A program made the translations under genes and the position numbers. The notes beneath the pieces were generated by a model. It saw only the letters and a program-made list of their open reading frames with translations. It was not told where the DNA came from and made no database searches. A stretch of 32,000 nt of DNA from Deinococcus radiodurans R1 = ATCC 13939 = DSM 20539 (GTDB lineage: Bacteria; Deinococcota; Deinococci; Deinococcales; Deinococcaceae): NCBI RefSeq assembly GCF_000008565.1, contig NC_001264.1:318347-350346 (forward strand), written 5' to 3'. Shown here in pieces: positions 1 through 9,407 of this stretch (its first letter is position 1; each line of letters opens with the position of its first letter).

Positions 1-1391
1 TCAGTGTCAGCGCTGTGGCGGTGCGCGGGGGCCAGACGGCGCAGGCCTTCAGCGGCGAGTTGCTGGTGCCCCGGTTCGACCAACGGCTCGACGTGCAAGT
101 CACGGCGGGCAGCGAGGTCAAACCCGGCGCCGAGGTCACCTTCACCGTTCGCACGAGTCGCGGTGGGCAGCCAGCCTCCGCTCTGGTCACACTGGCGGCG
201 GTTCACGAATCGGTGTACGCGGTGGTGGGCGACCCCACGCCGAATCCCTGGCGCTTCCTGTGGGGCGCCACCACGCCGCAGTTCGAAATCCGCTCGTCGT
301 CCAGTCAGGCTGACGACGGACGCGGCGGGGGCGGCGGCAGCGAAGCCGTCTTTTACCGCAGCGACCTGCGCGAGGTGGCCGCTTTTCAAGCGGTGCGGAC
401 CGACGCCCAGGGCACCGCGAAGGTGACGGTGCGGATGCCCGAGGGGCTGGGTAGCTACCGCCTGAGCGCGCGGGCTTTCACCCGCACGGGCGCGGCGGGC
501 GAGGCGCGGGGCGAGCAGCGCGTCGGCCTGCCCTTCGCGGTGCGGCTGATTCGGCCCCGAGTGCTCACGGCGGGCGACACCGGCAGCGTGGCCGTCAGTG
601 CCGCCGACCGCACCGGCCAGGGCGGCAACGTCACGCTGACGTTGGGGGCGAACGGACAGACCCAAACGGCCAACTCACCGTTGCAAGGCGGCTCGGCCAC
701 CCGTCTTTTCAGCATAAAAGCGCCGCAGGACGCACAGGCCCTGACCCTCACCGCCAGTGCCCAACGCGGCGCCAACGGCGAGCGCGACGGCCTGCGCGAA
801 ACCGTGCCGGTGCGCCCCGCCGGAGCGCGGCAACTGCTGTCGGGGTCCGGATCGGTGGGCGCGGACAAGGCTGGGGGCAACGCCAGCGTCTCGCTGAAGT
901 GGCCGCAAGAAGCCCAGCCTGAGAGCCTCACCCTCGACCTCGCCGCCACGCCGCTGCAACTGGCGCTCACAGGGCTGGACGCCGCGCTCGCCGACCCTGC
1001 CGACCGCTGGGTCACCACCGACGCGCTGAGCGCCCGGCTGAGCAGCAACCTCGACCTCGCCGCGCTCGCTGGACCCTTCGGCTGGCCCGAGGTGCGCACG
1101 CGGGCGCTGGCCCAGGCCCGGCGCGACCTCGCCAGCCTGCTGGCCCTGCGCGGCAGCGACGGCTGGGGCTGGACCGAAGGCAGCCCGGCGAGCGCCGAGA
1201 TGACCGCCCGCGCCCTCGACGCTCTGGTTCAGGCCAAGGGCGCGGGCCTGACCGACGCAGTCACCCTGCAAGTGGTGCGGCAACAGGCCGAACTGCTGCT
1301 GAAAAAATCGCCTAACTCGCCCGTGCTCGCTGCCGGCTGGCGCGGGCTGGGGCCCCCGCTGCGGCCCTGCGACTGGCCCGCGCCGGGATGA
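1..1391 (+). CDS. alpha-2-macroglobulin (A2M) family protein, upstream ORF; 5' end lies outside the window
   Basis: The frame is open from base 3, so the listed start at 15 is only an internal GTG. Bacterial A2M-type blocks are present: VTLAAVHESVYAVVG, FYRSDLREVAAFQAVRTDAQGTAKVTVRMPEGLGSYRLSARAF and LPFAVRLIRPRVLTAGD. A helical thioester-domain-like segment follows (LLALRGSDGWGWTEGSPASAEMTARALDAL). Hand-counted GC3 is 19/20 in this frame for 1321-1380. Confidence 0.7.
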   Translation, partial: SVSAVAVRGGQTAQAFSGELLVPRFDQRLDVQVTAGSEVKPGAEVTFTVRTSRGGQPASALVTLAAVHESVYAVVGDPTPNPWRFLWGATTPQFEIRSSSSQADDGRGGGGGSEAVFYRSDLREVAAFQAVRTDAQGTAKVTVRMPEGLGSYRLSARAFTRTGAAGEARGEQRVGLPFAVRLIRPRVLTAGDTGSVAVSAADRTGQGGNVTLTLGANGQTQTANSPLQGGSATRLFSIKAPQDAQALTLTASAQRGANGERDGLRETVPVRPAGARQLLSGSGSVGADKAGGNASVSLKWPQEAQPESLTLDLAATPLQLALTGLDAALADPADRWVTTDALSARLSSNLDLAALAGPFGWPEVRTRALAQARRDLASLLALRGSDGWGWTEGSPASAEMTARALDALVQAKGAGLTDAVTLQVVRQQAELLLKKSPNSPVLAAGWRGLGPPLRPCDWPAPG

Positions 1392-2311
1392 ACGACCCCG
1401 CCGAGGCGGCTCGGCTGGCGACGGTGCTCGCCGGCACGCAGCCGCAGCTTGCCGGGGCGCTCTACGACCGCGCTCGCCGGGCCGCCCGCAGCGACAAGGA
1501 CGGCGCCCTGGTGCTGGGCGACTCCGCAAGCTGGCGCGGTGACAGCGAACCTACCGCCTTGCTGCTGGGAGCCGCCGCTCGACTGGGACGCAGCGCCGAC
1601 GTGCCCGCACTCACCCGCGCCGTGCTCGAACGCCGCACGGGGAGCAGTTGGGGTGGCCCGGTGGCGACGGCAGCGGCGGTGCAGGCCCTGCGCACCCTGG
1701 CCGCCCGCGAGGGCACCCCGGCGCTCCGGCAGGTGACGGTCCGCCTCGGCAGCTTTCAGCAGACGCTGACGGTGAGTGCCCCCACCCGCCTACTCATTCC
1801 GGCAGCGAAAGTGCAGCCCGGCGCCCTCAGCGTGCAGAGCAGCGCTCCGCTCGCCTACGCCTGGGAACTGCGGGTGCGGCGCAGCGGCAACGCTCCGCAG
1901 AGCCTCAGTCCGCTGAAAATAGAGCGCCAGTACGACAAGGTAACGGTGAACCGCGATGGCATCGTGACCGTGACGCTTACCCTCAAGACCCCGGTGCGCC
2001 TCACCCACCTGCGCGTGACCGACCCGCTGCCGGGCGGGCTGGAAGCGGTGGACGACCGGCCCTTCGACGAACCGGCCTGGGTGAACGCGGCAGGCAGCGG
2101 CGACGCCGTCTGGGCCGACCGCTCGCTCTACGACGACCGCGCCGTCTTCTACCTCGAACAAGTCCGGCCCGGCACGACCACCATCAAGTACCGTCTGCGC
2201 GCCCTGGCGTCTGGGCAGTACCGGGCGCCCGCTCCCCGCGTCGACTTCGTGAGCGGCGCTGCCCCCGCCGAGGGTGCCGAGCAGCAGGTGACGGTGCAAG
2301 GCGGTCAGTGA
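1388..2311 (+). CDS. alpha-2-macroglobulin family protein, downstream ORF (rest of the TED-like region plus C-terminal MG/receptor-type domain)
   Basis: The ATG at 1388 overlaps the upstream stop (ATGA at 1388-1391). The helical repeats continue (RTGSSWGGPVATAAAVQALRTLAA). The C-terminal domain has A2M-typical LRVTDPLPGGLEAVDD and YDDRAVFYLEQVRPGTTTIKYRLRALASGQYRAP. Confidence 0.7.
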   Translation: MNDPAEAARLATVLAGTQPQLAGALYDRARRAARSDKDGALVLGDSASWRGDSEPTALLLGAAARLGRSADVPALTRAVLERRTGSSWGGPVATAAAVQALRTLAAREGTPALRQVTVRLGSFQQTLTVSAPTRLLIPAAKVQPGALSVQSSAPLAYAWELRVRRSGNAPQSLSPLKIERQYDKVTVNRDGIVTVTLTLKTPVRLTHLRVTDPLPGGLEAVDDRPFDEPAWVNAAGSGDAVWADRSLYDDRAVFYLEQVRPGTTTIKYRLRALASGQYRAPAPRVDFVSGAAPAEGAEQQVTVQGGQ

Positions 2312-2769
2312 CCCTGCTCAGGAGGGCGCGTTCTCTTTGCCCTCGCCTTCCCAGGTCCACACCCGGTTGCGCACGGCGGCGCCGGGGCCGCTACAGGTGA
2401 TGAGCTGCACCTCCCGGCGCCGCGCAGCCAGTAGGCGCTGGCTCCCGGCTGGCAACTCAGGCACACGCCGCTGCCGGGATCCGCGCCCGCCACGTTGCCC
2501 CAGCGCAGGGTGCGGGCCGCCGCCGCGACATGGGCAGCGTCCAGGCCCGGCAGCGACTCGGCCAGCGACCGGGCGAGGTCAGCCTCGGGGGGCAACGGCC
2601 CGCACGCTTCCGCCGGCTGGCGCAGGGCGGTGGCAAGCCGCACCACGTCCGACTGCTCAGGGCGCGGCAGACCGCCGTGCAGCGCCAGAGGGCAGCCCAG
2701 AGCGCGGCGCTGGCGAGAGACGCGGGCTGGGTCAACTGGGCACCCTGCTTGCCCAGCAGCTCGGCCCAC
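2305..2769 (-). pseudogene. hypothetical ORF with an apparent frame switch near 2460; the true 3' end is more likely the TGA at 2318-2320
   Basis: For 2461-2520, hand-counted GC3 is 19/20 for the listed frame. For 2341-2400, it is 18/20 for the neighbouring minus frame, which reads ...EVQLITCSGPGAAVRNRVWTWEGEGKENAPS* and ends at 2318. The listed tail (ASAYWLRGAGRCSSSPVAAPAPP...) looks out of frame. No family recognised. Confidence 0.3.
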
Positions 2770-3271
2770 AGCAGTTCGGTGGCGCGGGGACGGTGATGCG
2801 GATTGAGGCCCACATAAGCTGCAACACCCCCCAGTAGCTCAGCAGCGCCTGGGCCGCCTGGGTCACGCTTCGTTCGGCCAGTAGGTCGGCCCAGGCAGGC
2901 GGCGGACTTTTTTGCGTCGCTTGTCCTGCAACGGCGCGGCGCTGAGCGGGAGACACCACCTGCGGAGCTGCGGCCAGATGCGCGGCGAGGTGCGCGCACC
3001 CGGCAGCCGACAGTGCGGGCGGGTCGCTCAGCGCCAGCAGCGCCCAGCCGGGATGCTCGTCCTCAGTCAGCAGCGTCCAGGGCAGGGGGCGGCGCGGCAG
3101 CGGGGACACCGGCAGGGTCAGCAGCTCGCCCAGCGCGGTGCCCACCCCCGCCGAGAGCGCGGCCAACTGCGAGGCGAGGGCGCCGCCGGGCCCCAGGAGC
3201 TGCGCTTCGGCGTCCGGGGACAGGAAAGCGGCGCGGCCCAGCGGCTGAGCAAGGGCGTCGGCGAGGTTCAT
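2732..3271 (-). CDS. hypothetical protein (3' end uncertain)
   Basis: ATG at 3271 faces a 287-bp lower-GC intergenic region. The N-terminal 150 aa have plausible composition (MNLADALAQPLGRAAFLSPDAEAQLL...). The last ~30 aa (LQLMWASIRITVPAPPNCCGPSCW) are ambiguous between frames. No family recognised. Confidence 0.4.
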   Translation of the reverse strand: MNLADALAQPLGRAAFLSPDAEAQLLGPGGALASQLAALSAGVGTALGELLTLPVSPLPRRPLPWTLLTEDEHPGWALLALSDPPALSAAGCAHLAAHLAAAPQVVSPAQRRAVAGQATQKSPPPAWADLLAERSVTQAAQALLSYWGVLQLMWASIRITVPAPPNCCGPSCWASRVPS

Positions 3272-3558
3272 CGGGGCAGTCTAGAACGGGCGGCGAAACA
3301 GGAATCTTGCGCTGCGAGAGGAAGGGCGCTACTGAAAAGAGCCGCTGGAGGACCACCTTTTCTCGCAGGTAACGTGAAAGTCCTCGACAGATCGAGATCA
3401 TCCTCCAAACACCCAGAATCACTTATCTTGACCTTCTGCCAGGATTCGACTGTCCATGCTGGATAGTGCTGACCACAATTTCAGTATTTTGTGCAGCAGG
3501 CACCATGAGGCAGTGACTCAAAAGGCATGTCCATCTTCGCCTGCACCACAAAGGCGCT

Positions 3559-5160
3559 ATGAACGAACGACCGGCAACCATAGAGGAGCTGATCTGCGCC
3601 GCAGAAGCCAGGCTGCGGGCCGACCCGACGCAAGTGAAGACCGTCATTGAGGATTTGGCCCACCTCGAAGCGCAGGGGTATCCCGCAGGGCCGGCCACCG
3701 TTCTGATTTTCGACGGCAACGCCAGGGTCATGTCCGGCGATTTTGCGGGCGCCCGACCTGTGTTGGAAAAAGGCCTCGCCCTCAGCACCGAGCTGGAGGA
3801 ACCGACCTTGCAGGTGCGCGCCCTGACTGGACTGGCCGTTTTACACGTCGGCACCGGAGCCTATGGTCAGGCGCTGGAATACCACATGCAGAGTATGCAA
3901 CTGGCACGCACCCTGGAGAACGGTGGGCTGCTGAGCCGCTCCCTGATTTATGTGGGGAGTCTCTACGCCGCCCTGCGGAATTTTGAGCAGGCACAGGCCT
4001 ACCACAGAGAGGCCGTGGAGCACGCGGCCTCTGCCGGGCGTTCCACCTTTATGGCCCGCCTGGCGCTGGCCACCGACGAAGCGCAGCTGGGCCATCTGGA
4101 AGAAGCGCTCCAGCAACGCCGTGAATTGTTGGTCGAGGCCCGTCAAACCGCATCGCGTGCTGAAGAAGCGTTCGTGCTGGCCGACCTCGCCGCAAACCTG
4201 TTGCAGCTTGACCAGCGGGCCGAAGCGCGGCAGCTCGCCAGTGAGGCACTGAAGCGGGCCGAAGCGCTCGGCTTGCAGCTGGAAAAGGGGCAGGCCCTCA
4301 TCATCCTGGCCAGTCTGGATATACGAGAAGGCCAGTTCGAAAGCGCCCACCAGGCTCTCCATGAAGTCCTGGAGATCGGGCAGCGGCTGGCCTCCATTCA
4401 GCTCCTCATCCCTGTCCATGAGGAACTCTCCAGGCTCTTCGAACAGCAGGGCGACTTTGCCGGTGCCCTACGACATACCCGCGTCCACTACGAACTGAAG
4501 TCGAGCGAGCTCACGCGGCTCGCCGAGCGCCGCAGTCAGGTGCTGGAAGCCGAGCTCAAGGTCGAACTGTTGCGGCAACAGGCCGAGGAAAAAGAGCGGC
4601 AGAACCTCGCCCTGGTCGCCATCAACGAGCACCTGCGCGAGACCCAGAAACGCCTGCAATACGCCGCCACCCACGACGCCCTGACCGGCCTGCTGGTCCG
4701 CACCGCCCTGGAAGAAACCGTGGAGGACGATCTGCTGCTCAGCCCCGAGCGTCGGCGCGCCCTGTTCATGATCGACGTGGACCATTTTAAGCAGATCAAC
4801 GACGCGCTCGGACACCATGTCGGCGACCGCTTTCTGCAAGAACTGGCCCGGCGGCTGCGGGGCGCCCTGCGGCCCACGGACATCGTTGCCCGGCAGGGCG
4901 GGGACGAATTCACGATTTATCTGCGCGAGCTCGACTCGCCGGAAGAAGCGGTCGCGCTGGGCCAGCAATTGCTGCGCGACATCGCCGCGCCTGTGCAGGT
5001 GGAGGGCCACCTCCTCAACGTGACCGTGTCCATCGGCATCGCCGTGTATCCCGACGACGGGCGAGACGTGATGACCCTGGAAAAGCACGCCGACCTCGCC
5101 CTGTACCGCGCCAAAGAGCAGCGGCATCAGGTGTGCCGGTTCCAGAAGCCGGCGGACTGA
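3559..5160 (+). CDS. diguanylate cyclase: TPR-like repeats, coiled coil, GGDEF domain
   Basis: The C-terminal domain has the catalytic GGDEF motif (ARQGGDEFTIYL). A canonical RxxD I-site lies five residues upstream (RPTDIVARQGGDEF). DHFKQINDALGH and SIGIAVYP blocks are present. The N-terminal ~300 aa are helical TPR-like repeats, followed by a coiled coil (EAELKVELLRQQAEEKERQNL). Confidence 0.9.
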   Translation: MNERPATIEELICAAEARLRADPTQVKTVIEDLAHLEAQGYPAGPATVLIFDGNARVMSGDFAGARPVLEKGLALSTELEEPTLQVRALTGLAVLHVGTGAYGQALEYHMQSMQLARTLENGGLLSRSLIYVGSLYAALRNFEQAQAYHREAVEHAASAGRSTFMARLALATDEAQLGHLEEALQQRRELLVEARQTASRAEEAFVLADLAANLLQLDQRAEARQLASEALKRAEALGLQLEKGQALIILASLDIREGQFESAHQALHEVLEIGQRLASIQLLIPVHEELSRLFEQQGDFAGALRHTRVHYELKSSELTRLAERRSQVLEAELKVELLRQQAEEKERQNLALVAINEHLRETQKRLQYAATHDALTGLLVRTALEETVEDDLLLSPERRRALFMIDVDHFKQINDALGHHVGDRFLQELARRLRGALRPTDIVARQGGDEFTIYLRELDSPEEAVALGQQLLRDIAAPVQVEGHLLNVTVSIGIAVYPDDGRDVMTLEKHADLALYRAKEQRHQVCRFQKPAD

Positions 5161-5178
5161 CCAGCTTCCGGACCCAAG

Positions 5179-5235
5179 CTGAGCGCCAGCGGAAAACAGG
5201 CTTCTGCTGGCGCTCAGTGTTTCATTCAAGTTTTG
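5179..5235 (+). terminator. intrinsic terminator hairpin between the convergent GGDEF and copD genes
   Basis: A perfect 12-bp stem joins CTGAGCGCCAGC (5179-5190) and GCTGGCGCTCAG (5206-5217). GGA/TTC pairs can extend it. A T-rich TGTTTCATTCAAGTTTTG follows on the plus strand. Confidence 0.6.
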
Positions 5236-5257
5236 AAAGGCAGGTCGGCTATTGCCC

Positions 5258-6007
5258 TTAATGCACCAGCGGCAGCCCCCCCAGTCGCGCCGTCAGCAGC
5301 AGCACGGCGACCAGGGCCAGCACTTCCAGACTCAGCCGGCGCCCCGGCCCGGTGCTGGCAAGGGAACGGCGCACGGTGAAGGCCGCACCTAATACCCCGA
5401 CAAAGGCCAGCAGCTTGAGCAGCAGGGTCTGGCCGTAGGGGGTGCTTTGCAGCACGCGCAGCGAGTGAATATGTTCCAGGCTCATGCCCAGGCCGGTCAG
5501 CACCAGCAGGCCGACACACGCGGCGGCCACCGGGGAAAAACGCCGTGCCACTGCCAGCCGCTCAGGAGCAGGCACGCGCAGCAGAGCGCCCAACCCGCCC
5601 AGCCAGATGCTCATGGCGCCCGCGTGGAGGGCATGGAGGCCGCGCACCGCGTCGCCATGCACGCCGCCGTGCCCGATGCCCGCCATGCCCCACAGCGCCC
5701 AGCCGCCCAGCCCAGCCAGAATGAGCGCCGGGAGCTTTTGGACTTCTGCCACCAGAAAAAGTGTGGCCGCCAGCAACAGCACGAGCGCTGCCCGGCCCGC
5801 ACTCACCGCCGTCAGGTAGTCCAGCACGTCGGCGGGGGCGAGCAGGCCCAGTTCACGCAGCGGTTGGTACACGCTCAGGCCCGCGCCCACAAACAGCAGG
5901 GCGAGGCCTGTACTGAGCCAGCGCAGCGGCACCGGAGCGAGCCAGCGCCGCGCCGCCGCACCGCCGAGCAGCAGCGCCAGGCCGAGAAACAGCAGCAGGC
6001 GGCTCAC
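5258..6007 (-). CDS. copD: CopD-family copper resistance/transport membrane protein
   Basis: Polytopic Leu/Ala/Gly-rich membrane protein with conserved-looking His pairs (GIGHGGVHGDAVRGLHALHAG). It sits immediately downstream of copC. GTG start, with an in-frame stop directly upstream. Confidence 0.75.
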   Translation of the reverse strand: MSRLLLFLGLALLLGGAAARRWLAPVPLRWLSTGLALLFVGAGLSVYQPLRELGLLAPADVLDYLTAVSAGRAALVLLLAATLFLVAEVQKLPALILAGLGGWALWGMAGIGHGGVHGDAVRGLHALHAGAMSIWLGGLGALLRVPAPERLAVARRFSPVAAACVGLLVLTGLGMSLEHIHSLRVLQSTPYGQTLLLKLLAFVGVLGAAFTVRRSLASTGPGRRLSLEVLALVAVLLLTARLGGLPLVH

Positions 6008-6056
6008 TCAGGCCACTGGGTTGAGGTGGGGCGGACGCGCCTTCCCACGCCCCGCA

Positions 6057-6482
6057 TCACCGCACATAAAACACGCTCTGGCCGGTCACCACATGCCCGT
6101 CGTCGGACAGGAAGCGCCACACGAGCGCGTAGGCCCCGGCTTTCAGGTCCGGCTTGAGCGGCACCCTCACCCCTGTGGCGTCACCGCTGCCGCCCGCCCA
6201 GGTGTCGGCCCGCCGGTCGGCGTCCGCCCTGTCGAGCAGGGCCGTTTTTGTGAGCGCCGCTGCGGCCCGGTTGAGGCTGAGCTTGTCGCCCGCCGGCAGC
6301 GGAAACACCTTGAACGTGGCGAACTTGAGGGGAATCGCTTCGTTGAAGCTCATGGACACGACTTTGGGCGCGGTGACGGTCTGGTGCGCCCCCGGCTGAA
6401 TGCTGGTGACCGCCGTGTGGGCGAGAGCAGATGAAGACAGCGCGAGGACGAGGAACAGCTTGGTCAATTTTTTCATGGGCAT
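6057..6482 (-). CDS. copC: CopC-domain periplasmic copper-binding protein
   Basis: The signal peptide ends ...SSALA|HTAV, so the mature N-terminus is His as in CopC Cu(II) sites. The C-terminal hallmark is YALVWRFLSDDGHVVTGQSVFYV. AGGA lies 5 nt before the second ATG (6476), which may be the true start. Confidence 0.85.
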   Translation of the reverse strand: MPMKKLTKLFLVLALSSSALAHTAVTSIQPGAHQTVTAPKVVSMSFNEAIPLKFATFKVFPLPAGDKLSLNRAAAALTKTALLDRADADRRADTWAGGSGDATGVRVPLKPDLKAGAYALVWRFLSDDGHVVTGQSVFYVR

Positions 6483-6503
6483 CCTGTTGAACTGGGGAGA
6501 AGG

Positions 6504-6916
6504 CTAGTTGTTGTAAACGTCTTCCGCCGCCGTGAGATTCAGGGTGGCGCGGAAGGGCGCGAAGTCGGTGAGCTTGAGCGGGCGCCCGTCCACCACGAGG
6601 GCGTAGGGGCCAGGCTTGTCGACGGTGATGACGGCGGTCAGATTGCCGTCGGCGTCGGTGTCCGTCTTGAGAACGCTGGGCCGGACGCGGGGGCTCACGG
6701 CGCCGGGGTAGAGCAGCAGGGTGCAGCGGCACTCCGCCGCCTTCAGCACGCGCTCGCCCACTCGGAGCGTGAGGGTCAGCGTAGTGTCGGCGTCCACCTG
6801 GAGTTTCTCGTTGGTGTCGGTGTGCCATTCCAGCGCAGCGTTGCCGGCGTTCACGGTGTCATGCGCGGCGGCGCTCGGCAGCAGCAGGGCGAGGGCGAGC
6901 AGGGCGAATTTCAGCT

Positions 6917-6920
<4 letters not shown>
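6504..6920 (-). CDS. small secreted protein of unknown function (138 aa), translationally coupled to the di-heme peroxidase gene
   Basis: The internal ATG at 6920 overlaps the upstream stop (ATGA at 6917-6920). Signal peptide MKLKFALLALALLLPSAAA|HDT leaves a mature N-terminal His. Beta-rich sequence with a CRC motif. The listed 261-aa ORF is a spurious Arg-rich 5' extension. Confidence 0.65.
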
Positions 6921-7933
<1,013 letters not shown>

Positions 7934-7946
7934 CTCCTTTCAGATC

Positions 7947-8771
7947 TCAGTGCTGGGGCTGTCCGGGCATGGCGGGCATAGGCATAGACATGGCCGGCGC
8001 TGTGGGAGCCGCCGCGCCCGCCGGAGCCGGGGCGCCCCGGTAGACCGGATTGGCATTGGCGCCGTCGGCCCGACTGAACGCACCCGCCACGTTGGCGTAG
8101 AACTGGTCGGCCACCGGGCCGAAATGCACCTGCTGGTACTGGGCGCGCGAAAAGTCCCACGCGCCGCCGACGCCCGCCGCGTACAGCTTTTGCAGGTCGA
8201 GCGAGACGGGCACGGTCAGACCGTCAGCCGCCACCCGGAGCGCCGTGCCGGGTTTTTGCAGGTCGGTCAGGTCCACGGTGATGCGGTGACTGTCGCCGCC
8301 GACGTGGTTCGCCACCTTGACCCCGTTCGACTCGCCGAGCAGCGTGAAGAAGATGTAACCGCTGTTCCACGCCCAGTACATGCCCTGTTCCAGGCTCAGC
8401 GGGGCTTTGGCGGTGGTCGCGTCGGCGTGGTTCAGGGCGCGTGGCACGCCCACGTTGAAGCGCAGGCCCCGGTACGTCCCGGCGGGCGCTTCGCCCTTGA
8501 AAATCTCGATGTTCTGCGGTGTGGCGCCCTTTTTCAGTTGCGCGAGGCTGAGCCCCCGCACCGGCACCTCGGTGCCGTCGGCCCGCACCAAGGCGACATC
8601 GGAAACATAGAACTTGACTTCCTGCACGGTGAGGTCCTGGCCCGCGACCTTGAGCGCAGTGTCAAGCAGGAACGGGGTCTGTCCATCGGTGAGCGACAGC
8701 GTGAGGGAGAGGGGCGCGGCGGCGGCGCTTCCGAGCAGCGCCGTCGTCAGCAGAGCGACGAGTTTTTGCAT
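7947..8771 (-). CDS. mbnP: MbnP-like periplasmic copper-binding protein (partner of the di-heme enzyme)
   Basis: ATG at 8771 follows GGAAGGA. Signal peptide MQKLVALLTTALLGSAAAAP. The blocks I associate with the MbnP family are present: VKFYVSDVALV, FNVGVPRALNHAD and GMYWAWNSGYIFF. The C-terminal tail is Met/His-rich (APAMSMPMPAMPGQPQH). It lies 13 nt upstream of the di-heme gene. The listed 349-aa ORF is an over-extension. Confidence 0.7.
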   Translation of the reverse strand: MQKLVALLTTALLGSAAAAPLSLTLSLTDGQTPFLLDTALKVAGQDLTVQEVKFYVSDVALVRADGTEVPVRGLSLAQLKKGATPQNIEIFKGEAPAGTYRGLRFNVGVPRALNHADATTAKAPLSLEQGMYWAWNSGYIFFTLLGESNGVKVANHVGGDSHRITVDLTDLQKPGTALRVAADGLTVPVSLDLQKLYAAGVGGAWDFSRAQYQQVHFGPVADQFYANVAGAFSRADGANANPVYRGAPAPAGAAAPTAPAMSMPMPAMPGQPQH

Positions 8772-8883
8772 GGGGTGTTTTCCTTCCGGGGACGCCTGCG
8801 CGCCGCAGTAAAGAGCCGCGCAGGGCAGAGGGTGTGCGGGACCGGGGCGGATGGCCTGCCGGGTCCGCAAAATGGAGCGACCC

Positions 8884-9300
8884 TCAGACGGAAGGCGGAG
8901 CACGAGCGTCCGCGTGACGCACGGCGGCGACCACGCAGACCCCCGCGCCCGGAGTGGGCTGGGGCAAAAAGTCGGGCGGCCCCTGCGGGAGCCCAATCAC
9001 GCCTGCTTCCAGCGCAAAAGCGTTGCTCAGGCAAAACGGGCAGTGCGCCCCGTGGCCCTGGTGGGGGTCAGGCTCGCCGGAAGTCGGGCGCGGCGAGTGC
9101 GAGGCATGACCCGCGTGGGACATCGGGGCGGCGCTCTCCTCGCCGTGGGTGGGCGCTTCTCGCAAGACTTCGGCACTTGCTGTGGTCCCCGCAGCACCGA
9201 GCGACCCGAGCGCTTCCCCCCGCACCTGAAAGGCGAACGACGCCAGCACCGTCAGCAGCGCCAGCAAGGGGCGCAGCCAAGGGAGCAGACGGCGGGACAT
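8884..9300 (-). CDS. His-rich membrane-anchored/secreted protein with HCPFC motif (DUF2946-like)
   Basis: ATG at 9300. N-terminal hydrophobic segment LLPWLRPLLALLTVLASFAF. His-rich stretch THGEESAAPMSHAGHASHSPRPTSGEPDPHQGHGAHCPFCL. It is the first gene of the copper operon. The DUF2946 call is from memory of that family's C-x-x-C plus His pattern. Confidence 0.5.
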   Translation of the reverse strand: MSRRLLPWLRPLLALLTVLASFAFQVRGEALGSLGAAGTTASAEVLREAPTHGEESAAPMSHAGHASHSPRPTSGEPDPHQGHGAHCPFCLSNAFALEAGVIGLPQGPPDFLPQPTPGAGVCVVAAVRHADARAPPSV

Positions 9301-9377
9301 ATCGCCCACTCTAAAGAAAAAGCCAAGGGACGGCTGCCCTCACCCGATATGCTCCCCCCAGGCCATCAAAAAGCAGC

Positions 9378-9407
9378 TTGACGCTATACCCCCGGGGGGT
9401 TTATTTT
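9378..9407 (+). promoter_or_regulatory. candidate sigma-70-type promoter with a GC-core palindrome (CsoR/CstR-type operator candidate) in the spacer
   Basis: TTGACG (9378-9383), an 18-nt spacer, then TATTTT (9402-9407), about 45 nt upstream of the ATG at 9453. The spacer contains TATACCCCCGGGGGGTTTAT, with C5 at 9389-9393 directly abutting G6 at 9394-9399. Confidence 0.35.

Noticed and set aside
3272-3558. 287-bp lower-GC divergent intergenic region, inspected for promoters, small RNAs and known repeat elements.
   Set aside because: There is a TTGACC hexamer (3428-3433) with no properly spaced -10, and only a 5-bp hairpin (3384-3397). Nothing rises above chance, so it is left unannotated.
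8795-8824. GC-rich hairpins (CCTGCGCG-N14-CGCGCAGG, plus an imperfect one at about 8836-8868) between the His-rich CPFC gene and mbnP.
   Set aside because: No U-tract follows on the transcribed strand, and such stems are frequent by chance at this GC content. They may be intercistronic structures, but I cannot support a terminator call.
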